Positions 11,803-25,171 of a stretch of 64,000 nucleotides of DNA are shown here, piece by piece (positions within the stretch are counted from its first letter, which is position 1; each line of letters opens with the position of its first letter). The position numbers and the translations under genes are program-made. The notes under the pieces were generated by a model. That model was given only the letters and a program-made list of their open reading frames with translations, was not told where the DNA came from and did not search any database. The DNA is from Calcarisporiella thermophila CBS 279.70. Lineage: Eukaryota > Fungi > Calcarisporiellomycota. Where the stretch lies: contig NW_027192196.1 in the NCBI RefSeq assembly GCF_041956535.1, forward strand, positions 737,823 to 801,822, written 5' to 3'.

Positions 11803-12593
11803 GATATTCGCGAAAAAATCAATTTACAATTAATTTCTAAGCAACAAAGAGAACGCGATACTTAAACTATATTCTTCTAAAATATCGCATCATCGTTCTG
11901 GGGAATTGCATAATTTTGTGGCACAGGTCTCTTCAACTGGTAGAATCCAAGTTTGATCAGACATGCTGAATTTAGAGATTGAATTTAGAGAAGAATCAAA
12001 ATATTATACGCATCTGCATATGTTTATATCTCCTTTAAAAATTCGATACCTATGGTAACATTTCTCAAAATCTTTGTTACAAGCATTCTTCAACTCATTA
12101 TCAAAATTTTATACTAATTACATACCAATATATAAGACGCCGTGCTCAATAATTTGTATGATAGAGTATATTCGACAAAAAATACCGTTAGAAATTTCAG
12201 TAATATGGATTAGATTTATCAGCCACACTTCAACTCTGATTTTTAAAACCGACATTTGAACAATGTTCAAAAATTTTTACAGTTAAAAACAGGTCCACTC
12301 CTCAGTATATTCGTGATGTGTAATGCTTCGTTGGATTAGCTAGTTACTATCACCAATTTTTCCATCGTGTTTCACACATCGTGGCACTGCTGAATCGTTG
12401 TTTATCGACTATACGAGAATCCAATTATGGCGAGAAATAAGAATTATGAGAAATTTGCCCCATTTTTTGCTCGTTAATCAAAATCAATTTTAAGAAAGAA
12501 ATATCTCTACATTGTCAATGAATCTTTTCACTTATTTCACTACCTTCTCTTCAGTAAATCATAGTTGCAAATCGGTGGACCTATTCAGGTTGT

Positions 12594-12641
12594 AGTAGTT
12601 ATACACCAAATTAAAAGCTTTTAATTTGGTGTATAACTACT
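12594..12641. repeat. Perfect 48-bp palindrome with no spacer
   Basis: AGTAGTTATACACCAAATTAAAAG|CTTTTAATTTGGTGTATAACTACT. Confidence 0.95.
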
Positions 12642-12645
12642 TCAG

Positions 12646-12668
12646 CTAACCTAATAATTTTAGGTTAG
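12646..12668. repeat. Short hairpin (9-bp arms, 5-nt loop) next to the long palindrome
   Basis: CTAACCTAA-TAATT-TTAGGTTAG. Confidence 0.8.
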
Positions 12669-12876
12669 AAAAGTCTGTGTTAGCCACATCTGTGCTGCGC
12701 CATCTAATCGAACGTCACTCTTTTGTTTATTGAAACTTGAAGTAGATAAAGAAATAGGTTGATTAAAAGAATTATAAGAACTTTAAGGGCAAGCGTTCCG
12801 GGAGAGATTGTGTGGAAATCCTATAGTATTTTTACTTAATCATATTTCTGCTCGAGGCAACCAACGCGCGACTGAT

Positions 12877-15101
12877 ATGGCCGCGCGAAGTTTGTGTTGC
12901 CGATTGTTAAAAAATCTTGAGGATCCACCGCGAGGCCGAACAAAGCGAGCGCAATGCGGGAGGGCACGTTCGCTCTTAGATCCCCTCTCAATGTCTATTG
13001 GGATATCAGCAATACTTCCGCGTGATCCATCTACGTTTCTACCGGGATTTTCCACGGCGTGTCGCGCCAAACGAGTAAGTTTTCTTCCAAGTGAATCCAT
13101 CTTATTATGCTAATTGCTTATCCATAATTCAAGTTGTCGACTATTCCCGTAAGACGGAACAAGCACGCTGCTACTGTTCTAAAATGTTCATCAAATACCC
13201 ACTCACTAGCGGACTCTATTGTCACAAAGACCAAGTTTTGTTTAAAAGAAAGTACAGTTTCGAAGAAAACATCCAATAATTTAGAACAGGGAATATCAGA
13301 GTTCAAGAACAAAATCAAGCTGGATCCCCATTCTGAATGGGTTGCTGAAATCGAAAAGTTATCCCATGGACATCCGGCCGCGCTGAGCAGTAATAATACC
13401 CTATTGACGAGCAATGAATTCGGCTTAAAACATTACTCGCTTCTGTTGCGTCGACTTCGTTATAATGGTCGTTCTGGTCTTATACGAATGTTTCAGGTCC
13501 TGCGCAGTATGCGACACGCAAAACTCCAGCCTCAAAATGAGCACTACACTGAAGTTCTTCTCGAATTGGCGCGTAATGGCGAAGCGGAGCGAGCTCGCCG
13601 TTTATTTTTGCGTATGGTGAATATGGGTGTTTTACCAACATCAAGCAACTATACCTCACTTATAAACGCCTACTGGCAATGTTCAAATGTTGAGCGTGCA
13701 CAAGAGTGCTTCGATGAGATGATTTTGCGTGGATTGCGGCCAGAAGTAACTGCATATGGCATGCTTATTGATCTACATGCCAAACGCCGTAATATTCCAA
13801 AGATATTACATATACTAAAGCATATGTCATCGGTGGGGGGTGAAGCAGATATCGTTGTGGTTTCTTCTCTGGTTGAGGGATTGTGTAAGGCAGGCAAATT
13901 GCGGCAAGCTACTAAGGTAGTGGACCAAATGCGGAGTATTGGCATCAAGCCAAATCAATACGTCTATTCCATGCTTATGGATGCCCATGGTAAACGGGGC
14001 GACTTGCGAACTGCAGCCAAGTTATTGCGAGATATGAAGAGTTGCGATCATATCGAGCCTGATGCTGCAATCTATACCTCTTTGATTGTCAACCATCTCA
14101 AGTACGGCAAGTTAGGGCAAGCAACTTTTTATTATAAGAAAATGCTTCAGGCGGGTGTCGAACATGATTTGCTCTTGTTCACAGCACTCATCTATATGTG
14201 TGTTGTGAATTCAAATCTTGATGAAGGACGGCGCCTTCTACGTCAAATGCGTGATGCAGGTTATGCGCCTAACCACGTTGCATTTAATCATTTAATGCAG
14301 TCTGCTGCTAGGAATCGAGACAGAGATGCAATGCTAGCCGTATTCTATGAGCTGATTGAAGATGGCCATCGACCGAACGCGCATACATTCACAACCCTAA
14401 TCAACGCAATGCTCCAGAAACGTATTACGGAGCGTGCTGCACTCAGGCTCTTTCGAGATTTGCCTAAACTTGGAATTGAGCCGAATGAGGTTACTTATGG
14501 TGCTGTGATCGCTCGGATGATAGACGCACGGCGACATTCAATAGCTTGGCGACTCTTTTACCGAATGCGTGAGGCGGGGTTACAACCGACTGAGCGTATT
14601 TATACATCGCTGATGTCGCTTTGTATAAGTGTGGGAAATTTTCGTGGTGTCTCTAGATTGTATCACCAGTTACTTGCAGATGGACACATTCCAACCCTCT
14701 ACACATATACAACACTCATAACTGCTCACGCTAAATCTTGCAATATGGCGCAAGCACTACAGGTTTTCCGTGAAATGCTTAATAATGGTATCGCGCCCAA
14801 TGTCGTCACTTTCACTGCTCTAATACAGGGCTATGCAATCGAACGCAATCCTCGCTTAGCTCTGGCTGTGTTTCAACATATGTTACAACAAGAGATCGTG
14901 CCAAATGAGCTTACTTTTAAACATTTGTTTGATGCTTTACGTCGTGGAGGAGTGGGGCGGGATGTAGTTGAGACTTTATATATTCGACACGTGCGTGGTT
15001 TGGAGGTGATAAAGCATAAGATAATTAATCCTCTTAGAACAAAGGATTGGCCGGATGTCACTCCTCCCGAGATTTTGAAGGATATTTCTTTGTATACCTA
15101 A
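12877..15101 (+). CDS. P-class pentatricopeptide repeat (PPR) protein, probably mitochondrial
   Basis: About 13 contiguous 35-aa repeats plus 2 degenerate ones (e.g. VVTFTALIQGYAIERNPRLALAVFQHMLQQEIVPN); probable first exon 12877-13074 (Arg-rich) and phase-0 intron 13075-13133. Confidence 0.9.
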
Positions 15102-15431
15102 TATTTTTGATGCTATTTCTTGAATTGGGAATCTTCTTCTTTTCCGATGTATTTTTTCTCTTAACAATTCACTTTTTAAATCAAATTGATGCTTTATGTA
15201 AAATATATTTTTTTATTTCAAATATACATTTTGACTATTTACTTGCCCCGCCTCATAGAAAGATGTTCAATAACTACTCTTGATAAAGTATAAAAATTTT
15301 ATTATTAAAGGAAAATATAAATAAAAGCACCACGATAAACAATAGTTTTAATTAGAACTTTTTTAAGCTATATTAGTGTAAAGTATTATTATTTTATCTT
15401 TAATTCGTATTACTTATTCTCGCATTCGAGT

Positions 15432-18400
15432 TCAATAAGGAATTCCTAAAGAATAGTGAGATTCTATCAGTAATTCTACCTGAAAATATCATTTGATTAT
15501 ATTCTTACCATTAGTGATGCGCTGGAATTCATCATATAGAACTGTTCGCCTATTTTCGTACGAATCTTTTATTCTCTCTAACATGAAATCTGCAGCCTGC
15601 CGTTCTGAGCGATCCAGTTGGAATCGTGCTCGTAATTTGCGTATTGTTTGCTCGCCTTTAAAGCACGGCAGGCCTGAGCCAAGCATGAGTACGACTGTTT
15701 GAACTATCTGTTCTGCATAAGGTCGCGCTGCCAAGTAGGATTTAACGCACAGCTCACAAAACTGGCGGTAGGCTTGTGATTCTCCACCACCACCCATAAG
15801 TTGGATCATTTCTGTAGTGAGCTTGAATGGAGAGCTTTCAAACGTGATTCCTCCAGGGGCAATGTCCAGAATGAAACCAAAATCTGTAATTAAAAGATTT
15901 GTTACGAATATCGGTTACAAAATGGCTTTCAATCTGGATTGTAAAAATATACCAATATGGATCGTATGGCCATCCTCATCTAGCATGATATTTCCATTAT
16001 GACGGTCTTTAATTGCAAGAAGATATGATATCACAGAATACGCCGATACACTCTGGATGTAGTTGTTTCTTGCCTATTTTGTATAATTTAAAGGACAAAT
16101 TAACACAGATGAATGGATATATCAAGATATAGAATTGAGGCTACTTTTTGAAAAGCGATAGAATCCAACCCTCCATACTTGATTAGGAACCAGCTGCAAA
16201 AGTAAATACAACCGTTAATTAACACGTTATACTTCATGCAAAACACCCAATCAAATAAGTACTCATAGAGATTATTAATCTTCTCACGACCGAGCATGTC
16301 TCGCGAGATAGATCTCGGGATCACGTCAATTACTCCACACTAAATTAGAGTAAAATTAGATTTAATAAATACAAACAGCATCGAAAAATTTTACCCCTGG
16401 TGCAGTGGCAACGATACGGTACGGAAACACGTACAAGTCAAGCCCCGCATCCGCGTAAATGTTCTTGAAGATAGCGATAAGCTGTAATGCGAGCACGTCT
16501 TGGCGACAGTCATCTCCCACTTTGAAAATAGCAGATTGCCACACATCGACAGTATGCTGAGTTTGCTCAGCTGGTTGTCCTTTAATGATGGCAGCTCTGA
16601 CTGCATCAGAGTCTTCTTTTGTCTTGCGTATCTTAAATGTGGCCAGGAAGGGTGCTTTAGCATGGCTCTGTAATGGTTTGCCGGATTTATAGTCTATATC
16701 AACAACAATCCCTTCTGGGTTACTCGGAAGGTAAACGCCAACGTCAACCTTGATCTTCGCCATTTCTTCGTCAATTTTAGCCTATTTACATCCATTAAAA
16801 TAGAAAATTTTGGTAAGGTATGAATATCTATGCAACGTGATTTCCATCAATATTGACCTTTTTCTCAGCTTTGCTCTTCTGAATATATGGCTTCAATTTT
16901 CCTGAAATGCCAGTGACTTCTCCAAAGAATTTGAATTCCCGTTCGTAAAAGGCTTTGGCTTCACCTGATAGCTGTCCGACAATTCGTTCGATCACCGACT
17001 CCAACTTGGGTTTGAGTGGATCTGGAATAACGGCCTCCTTGTCTGCATCGCGGAACATGTTTGCTTTCATATTCCAGATGATCTGATGAGCAAAGAGTTG
17101 TGAAATGCCAGCAGCCTCAAGAATGAACTGCTCTACATAACCAAGTTCATCATAACGCAGTGCTTGAACAAGTTGTGGAACATAAAAGAATACAATATTG
17201 ACGGAAAAATGTTCAAGAGAGCGCATCGCATACTGAAGTATTAGTGGATGATTATTATAGGCTGGCAAGAAGTAAGAGGCGGCAATGATTGGAGGCACAG
17301 GGGCCCAATAGAGTAGATACTATAATAATCAAAAGATGGGTTAGCACTAGTATTATGGAAAACTCTATGATTTAATAAGACAAAAGTTACCTTGAGGTCA
17401 ACAGATGGCTTCTTGGGTACTCCATCACCGAGGAGGAATTGCAATGCTTCTGGTAGATCCACTGCGTCCATTGGATTATTAGAAACAAGGTTTTGCAGTT
17501 CATGTCGGATTGTAGACACTTTGTAACGAGCTGCAAGTTGAATCGCAAGACGGGGTGAGACTGTCCAAGCAAAACGAACAATATGCTTCCAGTTTTCCTC
17601 TGTCATACTTCGCTCTACTTTGGATGTGAAGCCAGGAGCCACCTGAGTAGAATTAGGGGCATTCAGTGGGTTGTTCCAAACAAGCCGGCGGTTAAGCTCG
17701 CTTTCCGTAGCCAAAAGCAGAAGACGTTTTGATTGCTCATGCCAGCGCATAATCTCTTCACGTGTGAGTCCGGCAATTTTAGTGCTTTTTACCGGAGCGG
17801 TTAAAGTGCCTCGATATGTTACAATAGTATCCATAACGAGCTGATCAGCTTCAACTGCTTTGTAAAATTCATGAAGAAGCTTGATATCAGCCATCATCTT
17901 AACCTTGTTTCCTCCGTATCCCCAGCTATTTTAAAAAACAAATAGTATTCAGGAAAAAGTAAACCGGGTAGGCTTTATATCAAATACATACCTGGGAGGG
18001 AGAGCAAACCAAGAAAAGGCAGCATTGTATAATCTCGAGCGGAACATATGCTCACACAGCGCTTCAAGTCGATTCCCCTCTAATACTTTAAATCCTAGCA
18101 ATGCAAGGCGGAAGCGAGGTTGTAGCGCCAATGGATGAGTGCTCATATCTCCAGAAGCATCGAAAGTCATTTGGAGAACACGTAACACGAGGTCAACCAT
18201 ATGACGATTACGATAACGGAATGACTGGAATCGGCTTGCGAGAAATTCCATCCAGGTGAGGTGTGGTCCAAATAAAAAGTTTGCTAGTTCAATGTTTTGT
18301 TTAATTGCTTCTAGATCGGATGGACTATAGGACATCTGTTTCTCAAATGGATCTTTCCCGTTAAGGGCATCTGAGAAAAGGCCTTTTCTATGCTTCTGGG

Positions 18401-21400
18401 ACCAGGACCAGGCTGTCGCCATCTCAACCATAATACGGTCTTCAGTCTCAGGGCGTTCGACACACATCCAGTTCCAAATTGCAGTGCCAATTTTAAGTGA
18501 TTCAGGTGTAAAAAGATACACAGGAATCCAACATAAGTAGCGCAGGATCTGCTCATCAACTTTGGGTAAAGTGATAAGCACAGCAGCTGCTCGGTTCAAT
18601 GTCACATGCAGCTCCCTTGGAGAAACAACCTTGGTGCGCTGGCGTATTCCCAAGGTTAAATCCTCTAATTGTTTGCGAATAAAAGGTACTTGTTCCTCAA
18701 TTATATAGTCACTAAGGATGCGTGGGTTATTAATTGCAAGCGTGTGTTCTTATTAAAAACGAGAAATTAGCTCTTCAACTATTTAATGTATCTATGACAG
18801 ATAATATACCAGCTAATTCGTGTAGAGAAAGATAATGCTGCGTACCCGAAATCTCGCCACGGAAATGTCCTTTTGCCGTTAATGAGCTTATAAACTCAGA
18901 TGCGCCGTCAAGATTAAGACTGGAGGCTCCGGTTTTTAGGCCTATGGATATATATATATGTGTGTGTGTTTTCAATAGAAAGAGTGATTTATGTCACCTA
19001 CAAGAATTATCGTGAATCTTTGGTATAGTACGCCCAATTTCAAGTGCAATTGATCGACCCATATGAAGACTTGCTGAGTCCTGGAACGGATCATACTCAC
19101 TCAGGTAATCTTGTAGCAAACCGCTTACTGTCAAAGGAGCATGATTCATAGCTTTCAGGAGCCAGTGGCGTGTAGCATCACACAGTCGGGTTAGCATCTC
19201 ACGTCGAAAAGTATAAGAGTCACCCAAATCGAGGGTAACACCCATACGAGGTGATGTAAATTGATAACGCGGGCAATATTCGTCTGTAAGCTCCCCTTCA
19301 CAACTGCACCATAAAAGTTGTACTAGTTCCAAAAGCAGATGTACCATGTTGCGGTCACAAAGAAGCTGAGGAAATGCGCCCACAAGACGATCCACATAGC
19401 GAACAGAGAGAATGTGGATTTTGCTCAGCCGATGGCAACAACTAATAAGAAGTTGCCTAACCTCATGCTGCATATTCTCGTCTACGGCTTTGATGGTCGC
19501 TCTGCGCATAATTTCGTTCATATAAACTTTGAAAACCTAGATAGAGTAAAAGTAAGAAGCAATATCCAAATTTAGAGCACGTAAAAATACCTGATCAGCG
19601 ATGGCTTCCATGCAGTTAGTTAAGCGACTATTCGCGACTCCTTGATTGGCAAAGTATCTTAGTACAAATGAAGGGTTGCCTTGGCGTCCACGCATAGTTT
19701 CACTATGGTATACAGCAAGGAGAAACACGGTTTGCGCGAACGAGAAGGTTCGAATGTCATTGGCTTGTGCAGGAAGGAATCCTGTAAGCTGGTTACGGAA
19801 CTGCACCAGATCATGATCAGAGAATCCACGACGTAACACTGAATTATATTCAAGGTCGCTCTCAAGATAATTTGTCGCTGTTTCGAGTACAAGTGACGGT
19901 GTCTTGAGAGCAATGCCTCGCATTGCCTCACGCCAAGAGCCAACATCATTGACGAAGCCATAAAGTACGCATAAAAACCACAAATTACGGAACAGACTTG
20001 TTATTTCTTCTGTCGGGTGTTCGTGAGGGGAAAATTTGTTGTGCATCAGTAGGGAAGAAACCACGGGTAGTAATGACCCAAGTTCTTTCGTTTCAGCAGC
20101 ACGAGGTGCTCGTCCCAATTTTGAATTAGCTTGTTGCTGTATTTGCACACCCTTATCAGTGAAGAGACTTAGCAATTTAATCAGGTACTTCTGATAAAGT
20201 TCAGGACGGCTTTCGATGCGTTTTGAGAGGTCGTGGTGAGCATTGATTATCTAAATAAAAGAAATTTGAATCCTTGATGCTACTTATTTTCATCAGAAAA
20301 GATATCAAAATGTACCGCATTAGCAAGAACTTCGTCCTCATCGACTGAAGGTTCTTTAGCAATTGTAGAGAAGAGAAGGGTAATGTCCGAAAAAAGATTC
20401 TCTGGTGCAATTACAGCTAGGTCTACTAATTTTGCGAGAATAAAGGCGCCAAGCTCAGGTGACGATTGACGACGACGTTCGGCCAGCATGGAAAAAGTCG
20501 AAGCAGTCACCTGGTAAGTAATAAGGTATGTGAATTGCTGAAATTATAGACTGGAATAAAATGATGCCAATAATATCATACTTTATCATTTTTGCAGTAG
20601 CATGCAATACCAGACATGGCCGCGACCGCATTTTGACACACCTGAAGACGCTCTCCCTCTTCCTTGTTCCGATATACTGACCAGTCGTAGGCAGAAGAAG
20701 AATCTGAACGTGAAGTCACTACACTTGGGGCAGGTGCATTAGTAGCATCATTAGCAGCAGCGCCGCTCACAATCGCTATGGTGTTTTGAAGGGAATAAAG
20801 AGTAGAAAGTGCAACCTTCTCTCCAGGAAGTCCCTAATATAGATTAATTCCGCAGGTTAACGTTTACAAAATGTGGATAATCCTGCCGATAGCCAATATT
20901 TACTTTCAAGCACTGTGCTAATCGTCGAATTGCATAATCCATAATTGAGCAGTTGGTGCCGGGAACATTTACTCCTTGCTCAAAGATATCAGAAGGAGAT
21001 GTTAAGTATCGTCGCATTAGATTAAGCATATTTGTGGTAGTTTGTGGGAAGCTGCGATAGATTATATTATGTAAACGGAGTTAATAAAAAGACTTGTGAA
21101 AAAATAAAAAACGCCATACTTCAACGCAAGAACCGACGCAATATCTAAAGAAGCGGAATCAACTTTGACGTCTGGCGATGCATGTGTTCCCTGTAATCCG
21201 GAATTCACTTTACCAATTAGAGAATCGTCGATTTCACGTAGACCTATTGAGCATAATCCAGCAACGTGCTAGAGTGAACATAATTAGCTTTATAGTAAAA
21301 ATCAAAAAGTACCAAATATTATATTTTACCAAACTGCCAGCTAGTATACCCTGTATATAAAGATCAAGGGAAGTAGGCCTAGCCTCAAGCATACAAGCAT

Positions 21401-22691
21401 CGCGAACCTGCTGTATTTCATCGTGGAATCCAAGAGAAAGTACATAGAGACCGCGTAGAGCTTTTTGATGCTCTATCAATGAAATATCCGAGCCACATTG
21501 TAAAAGCATCTCAAAAAGTGCGGGGAAATTTTGAGCGACTGGATTGCTTGGATCGGTACGAGTAGTATTCATGGTGCTAGTCTGTTCACCATTATCCTCA
21601 TTAGCTATCTCCTGTTTGGAACGAGAATTTGAAGTAAGGATCTTGGCAAGCATATTACGAGCCGCCAGAAGTATATCGAGAATAATGCGATTATTGCTGA
21701 GTGGATTTCCGCTCTCCCAATATTTTGCGAGCAGACGGCGACTATACACGCTATTATCTGTGCTCTTAAGACATGAGGCAATCGACTCTTCAATATGCAA
21801 GAGAGAATCATCGTTTATGAGTTCTCGAGTATGTTCAACTAGGGAGTGAAGATGTTCGCCAAGCCAAGGGTATTCACTGTTTTGAATCGCGCGGAAGAGT
21901 CCATTTAGCGAAGGAAGGACAAAAGAGCAAACATAATCGGCTAAAAAAAAATTAAATTTTGCTTCAAATAATAATGCTATGTGGAAGACCAACACTAACC
22001 ATTTCCGCTTTTGACTAAGCTGGTGAGCCGTCCCATATATGCCCAAACCGAATCCACGATTGTACGCGAGACCTTAGAATTTTTATTCGCGATCTTGAGT
22101 AGAGATGTTGTCAAGAAGTTGGTAACTCGATCAGCAGGAGCATATTCTAAAAAATCCGAGGATTTGCTAAATTAACTTGCATGAAACTAGTATACACTAA
22201 TACTTACGTTTCCAGTTCAAATTCTCTTCAAAAGTATAGTCTGGCAAATGTTCGATATAAGCGAGTATTTTTTTAACGAGATCGTGCTGTCGATCCTCTG
22301 ATACATTCAAAGTATATTTAGCAAGCGCTTTCAGAGCATTTTCATGGCGTTTATTCTATTAGATTAGTAGAGTCGATTACGCGAGGGTTTTTTTTATTAT
22401 ATTTATTGTGACACATACCAAATTCCACAGTGATTTATCCCCATTGACGCCATTTAACCCCCCATTGGCCTCCGGTAAATAAGGCAACCGAGCAAAAAGT
22501 CGATTCAAATCCTCATCTGTTGTCCCTGCTTTTGGGTGGACAAGAAGCTCGGCAAGCTGGTCGAGAATAAGTGAATGAAGATCGAGTTCAAGGCTAAAAT
22601 CGGCACAATTTTATAACGATTAAGGTGTTGTCAATAACTATCGTTTTTTTAAGTCCAACATATATTATAAAAACTGTTACCTGTCAAGCAT
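15432..22691 (-). CDS. STT4: Phosphatidylinositol 4-kinase type III alpha, multi-exon
   Basis: [51 protein letters not shown]; C-terminus NGIPY. Confidence 0.95.
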
Positions 22692-23082
22692 AGCATTCAA
22701 TCTTATGGGAATGGGAAAACTAAAAACAAATATAATAAAATGATGAAGATAGAGGTTTGTGAAATTTTAGAGTTATGAAATAAATTGGGGTAGTAACCCC
22801 ACGTGAAGAATACCGAGGTATCAACACATTTTTACCTGGAGTTACATATAAAAAGAATGTTCTAACTCAAAAATAAAGCACTAGCCTTGCAGACAGCTCT
22901 GTATGCTCTTATAGACACCAGGTGGTGCTCAAAAGAATCTCTCTCTATAGAAAGGTAAACGTATATACGAGTTTATATCATGAATAAAATGAATTTCAGA
23001 AACTGAAATCAATTTTCGTATATCGAAGTAAATCGAGATTAGAAAAAATTAAGTACTCATCGTAATTTTTTTACTCCTACAC

Positions 23083-24170
23083 ATGAGCAAACTCGTAAAA
23101 ACACCACCTTTAGTTGACATCAATTTGTCTATGGTTTCCATTCATGAGGGTATACTCATCTTTGCTTATATTATACTTCGAGGATAACTTATTAAATAGA
23201 TTTAAATCTTACGAATAGTTACCATACATCTTAAAGAACCACTAGCACCTCGACTAGGTTCTAAACGCAAGCGCCTTGGGCTACAAATTCTGAATGGGAT
23301 GGGAAGGATTGAAATCTTAATTGCAAAACTAAATGAAAGCCCTGAACAAGTGATTTCTATTTTGCCTGCATTCTGCATAATAATGATATTAATTATTTGA
23401 TTTCCTCTTAATCGATTTAGGAAAGAAGAGTAATAGAAAAGGAAATAGAGCGACTGGTGCATGATATTCAAATATCATTACAGCAGCTAGAAGATCATGG
23501 CAAGCCATTGGAGGTAATTTTATTGTAGCTGTGTTTACGACTAGAGATAATGTTAACAGCATTATGATTTCTAGTGGTATATCTCGGATTTAGGATTATC
23601 CAAAATTTTTCCCAGAACGGCCGAGCTATTCGGCTACGGAAAGGGAATGCATGGGAATAAAGATGCCCAAGGTATATATTGGTGTTTCTATCTATTGACA
23701 TTATGTTTTTTGTCGAAAATTGCATTAATATATTCAATATCTGTTAGCACATTTCCAACAAATGAATATTCTCAATCAATTGGTTACAATTTCATTGCGT
23801 TTACAAGCAGACCTTAAGCTTATCAATCATAAGTACATTGCACATCAGTTGGCCATCTTATACGTAAGTCGAGATAATTTACATGGATATTGTTAAGAGT
23901 TTAATTTAACAAGACACATTTTAGCAATGCATTAACCAAGTCGGAGGAAGCTTTACAAAGTACAAGTCACGTATAGAGGCTAACTTCGATACGGTAAAAG
24001 CGACGCTGAACGCGACTGAACATCCGCAATTGGACATAAAATACCAAGAGTGGCTTGAACAGTTGACAAGTGATATTGTTGCAGATGCACTTTACAGTGG
24101 GCGATTACCATCACAATCGCAGCCTCTTGTTGAATTTTTGTATCGCTTGCAATCTGATGCGACATGTTAA
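23083..24170 (+). CDS. Uncharacterised 249-aa helical protein, 6 exons, absent from the ORF track
   Basis: Exons 23083-23149, 23219-23349, 23421-23513, 23575-23671, 23748-23863, 23925-24170 join in consistent phase via GT..AG introns to 750 nt with no internal stop. Confidence 0.75.
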
Positions 24171-24343
24171 TTTAATAAAACGTTATATATCATATTAGAT
24201 TTATTTTGATTTTTCGTAAGGCATATTAGTGGATGATTGTAGATGATTATGAACGAAATGTAATGATAGCATATGGTGAAATTTACATATATCACATATG
24301 AAACTGGGTGCCAAATTAAATATTCAAGCTACAGATGTGTTTC

Positions 24344-24850
24344 TCACAAAAACAATAACCAAACTACAACAAATATCTTAGCACCATAAGCTGGATCTGC
24401 CCAATTTCCTGCGCTGTATACCTGGGTGACTGTTGGCTGAGAATTAGTTGCAATGAAGGAGCCTTGAGATGTAGGATTTGCTCCGATCGAATTTGGCGGC
24501 ATAGATGCTATCTGACTTGCTCCTCCAGTTAATGATTGCCCTGCAAACACAGGCCTCAGCTGAGCCCCTTGATCCTGATTCAATGAAGGATCCTTTGCTG
24601 GTACAACTTTCTTTTTATCCTGTTTGCCGTTCGGTATTGGCTGGATATTCCCTCCTGGTATAGTGCCTGCATTGGAGATAACTACATCAGGATTAAGAGG
24701 CGTACCAGCAGAAACACCTGGAGTTTTGACATGCTGCTCCTTTCGTTTTTTCTCTTTGTGCTCTGCCTTTTTTTCTGGATGCTGCTGAAGATGGGCACTT
24801 GTTGTGAGGGCAATAATTAAGAAAAATAAAAGAAAGAGCCGGGATTTCAT
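24344..24850 (-). CDS. Secreted, probably GPI-anchored low-complexity protein
   Basis: Signal peptide MKSRLFLLFFLIIALTTSA; P/Q/S/T-rich body; hydrophobic C-terminus YGAKIFVVVWLLFL. Confidence 0.7.
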   Translation of the reverse strand: MKSRLFLLFFLIIALTTSAHLQQHPEKKAEHKEKKRKEQHVKTPGVSAGTPLNPDVVISNAGTIPGGNIQPIPNGKQDKKKVVPAKDPSLNQDQGAQLRPVFAGQSLTGGASQIASMPPNSIGANPTSQGSFIATNSQPTVTQVYSAGNWADPAYGAKIFVVVWLLFL

Positions 24851-25171
24851 TGATTTATTATTTCGTGTAAGCAAATGCTGAAAACGTGGAAATGACAAGG
24901 AGATGATGTTAAATTGCGGAGCATACTAAATACTGGAAAAATGGTATACGAAAGGAAAAAAGGGAAATGCGAAAAGACTTATGGTCATATTAGTTCCCGT
25001 TTTTGTTCTGATCTATCGTTTATGCAAATATAAATTAAACGCGTCAAATCAAATGCCGTGTTAATAAATAACAATATATTCGCATTTCAATGGATTTTAC
25101 AAGCCCAATAACAATAAATAGATCAGGGGGAGAAAAAAGGGATATCTATGTGTATAAAAAGAATGGCGAAT

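Noticed and set aside
23980-24165. Minus-strand ORF and a CDGNRP Zn2Cys6-like fragment in another minus frame
   Set aside because: Antisense shadow of the last exon of the plus-strand gene at 23083-24170; Cys spacing is incomplete.
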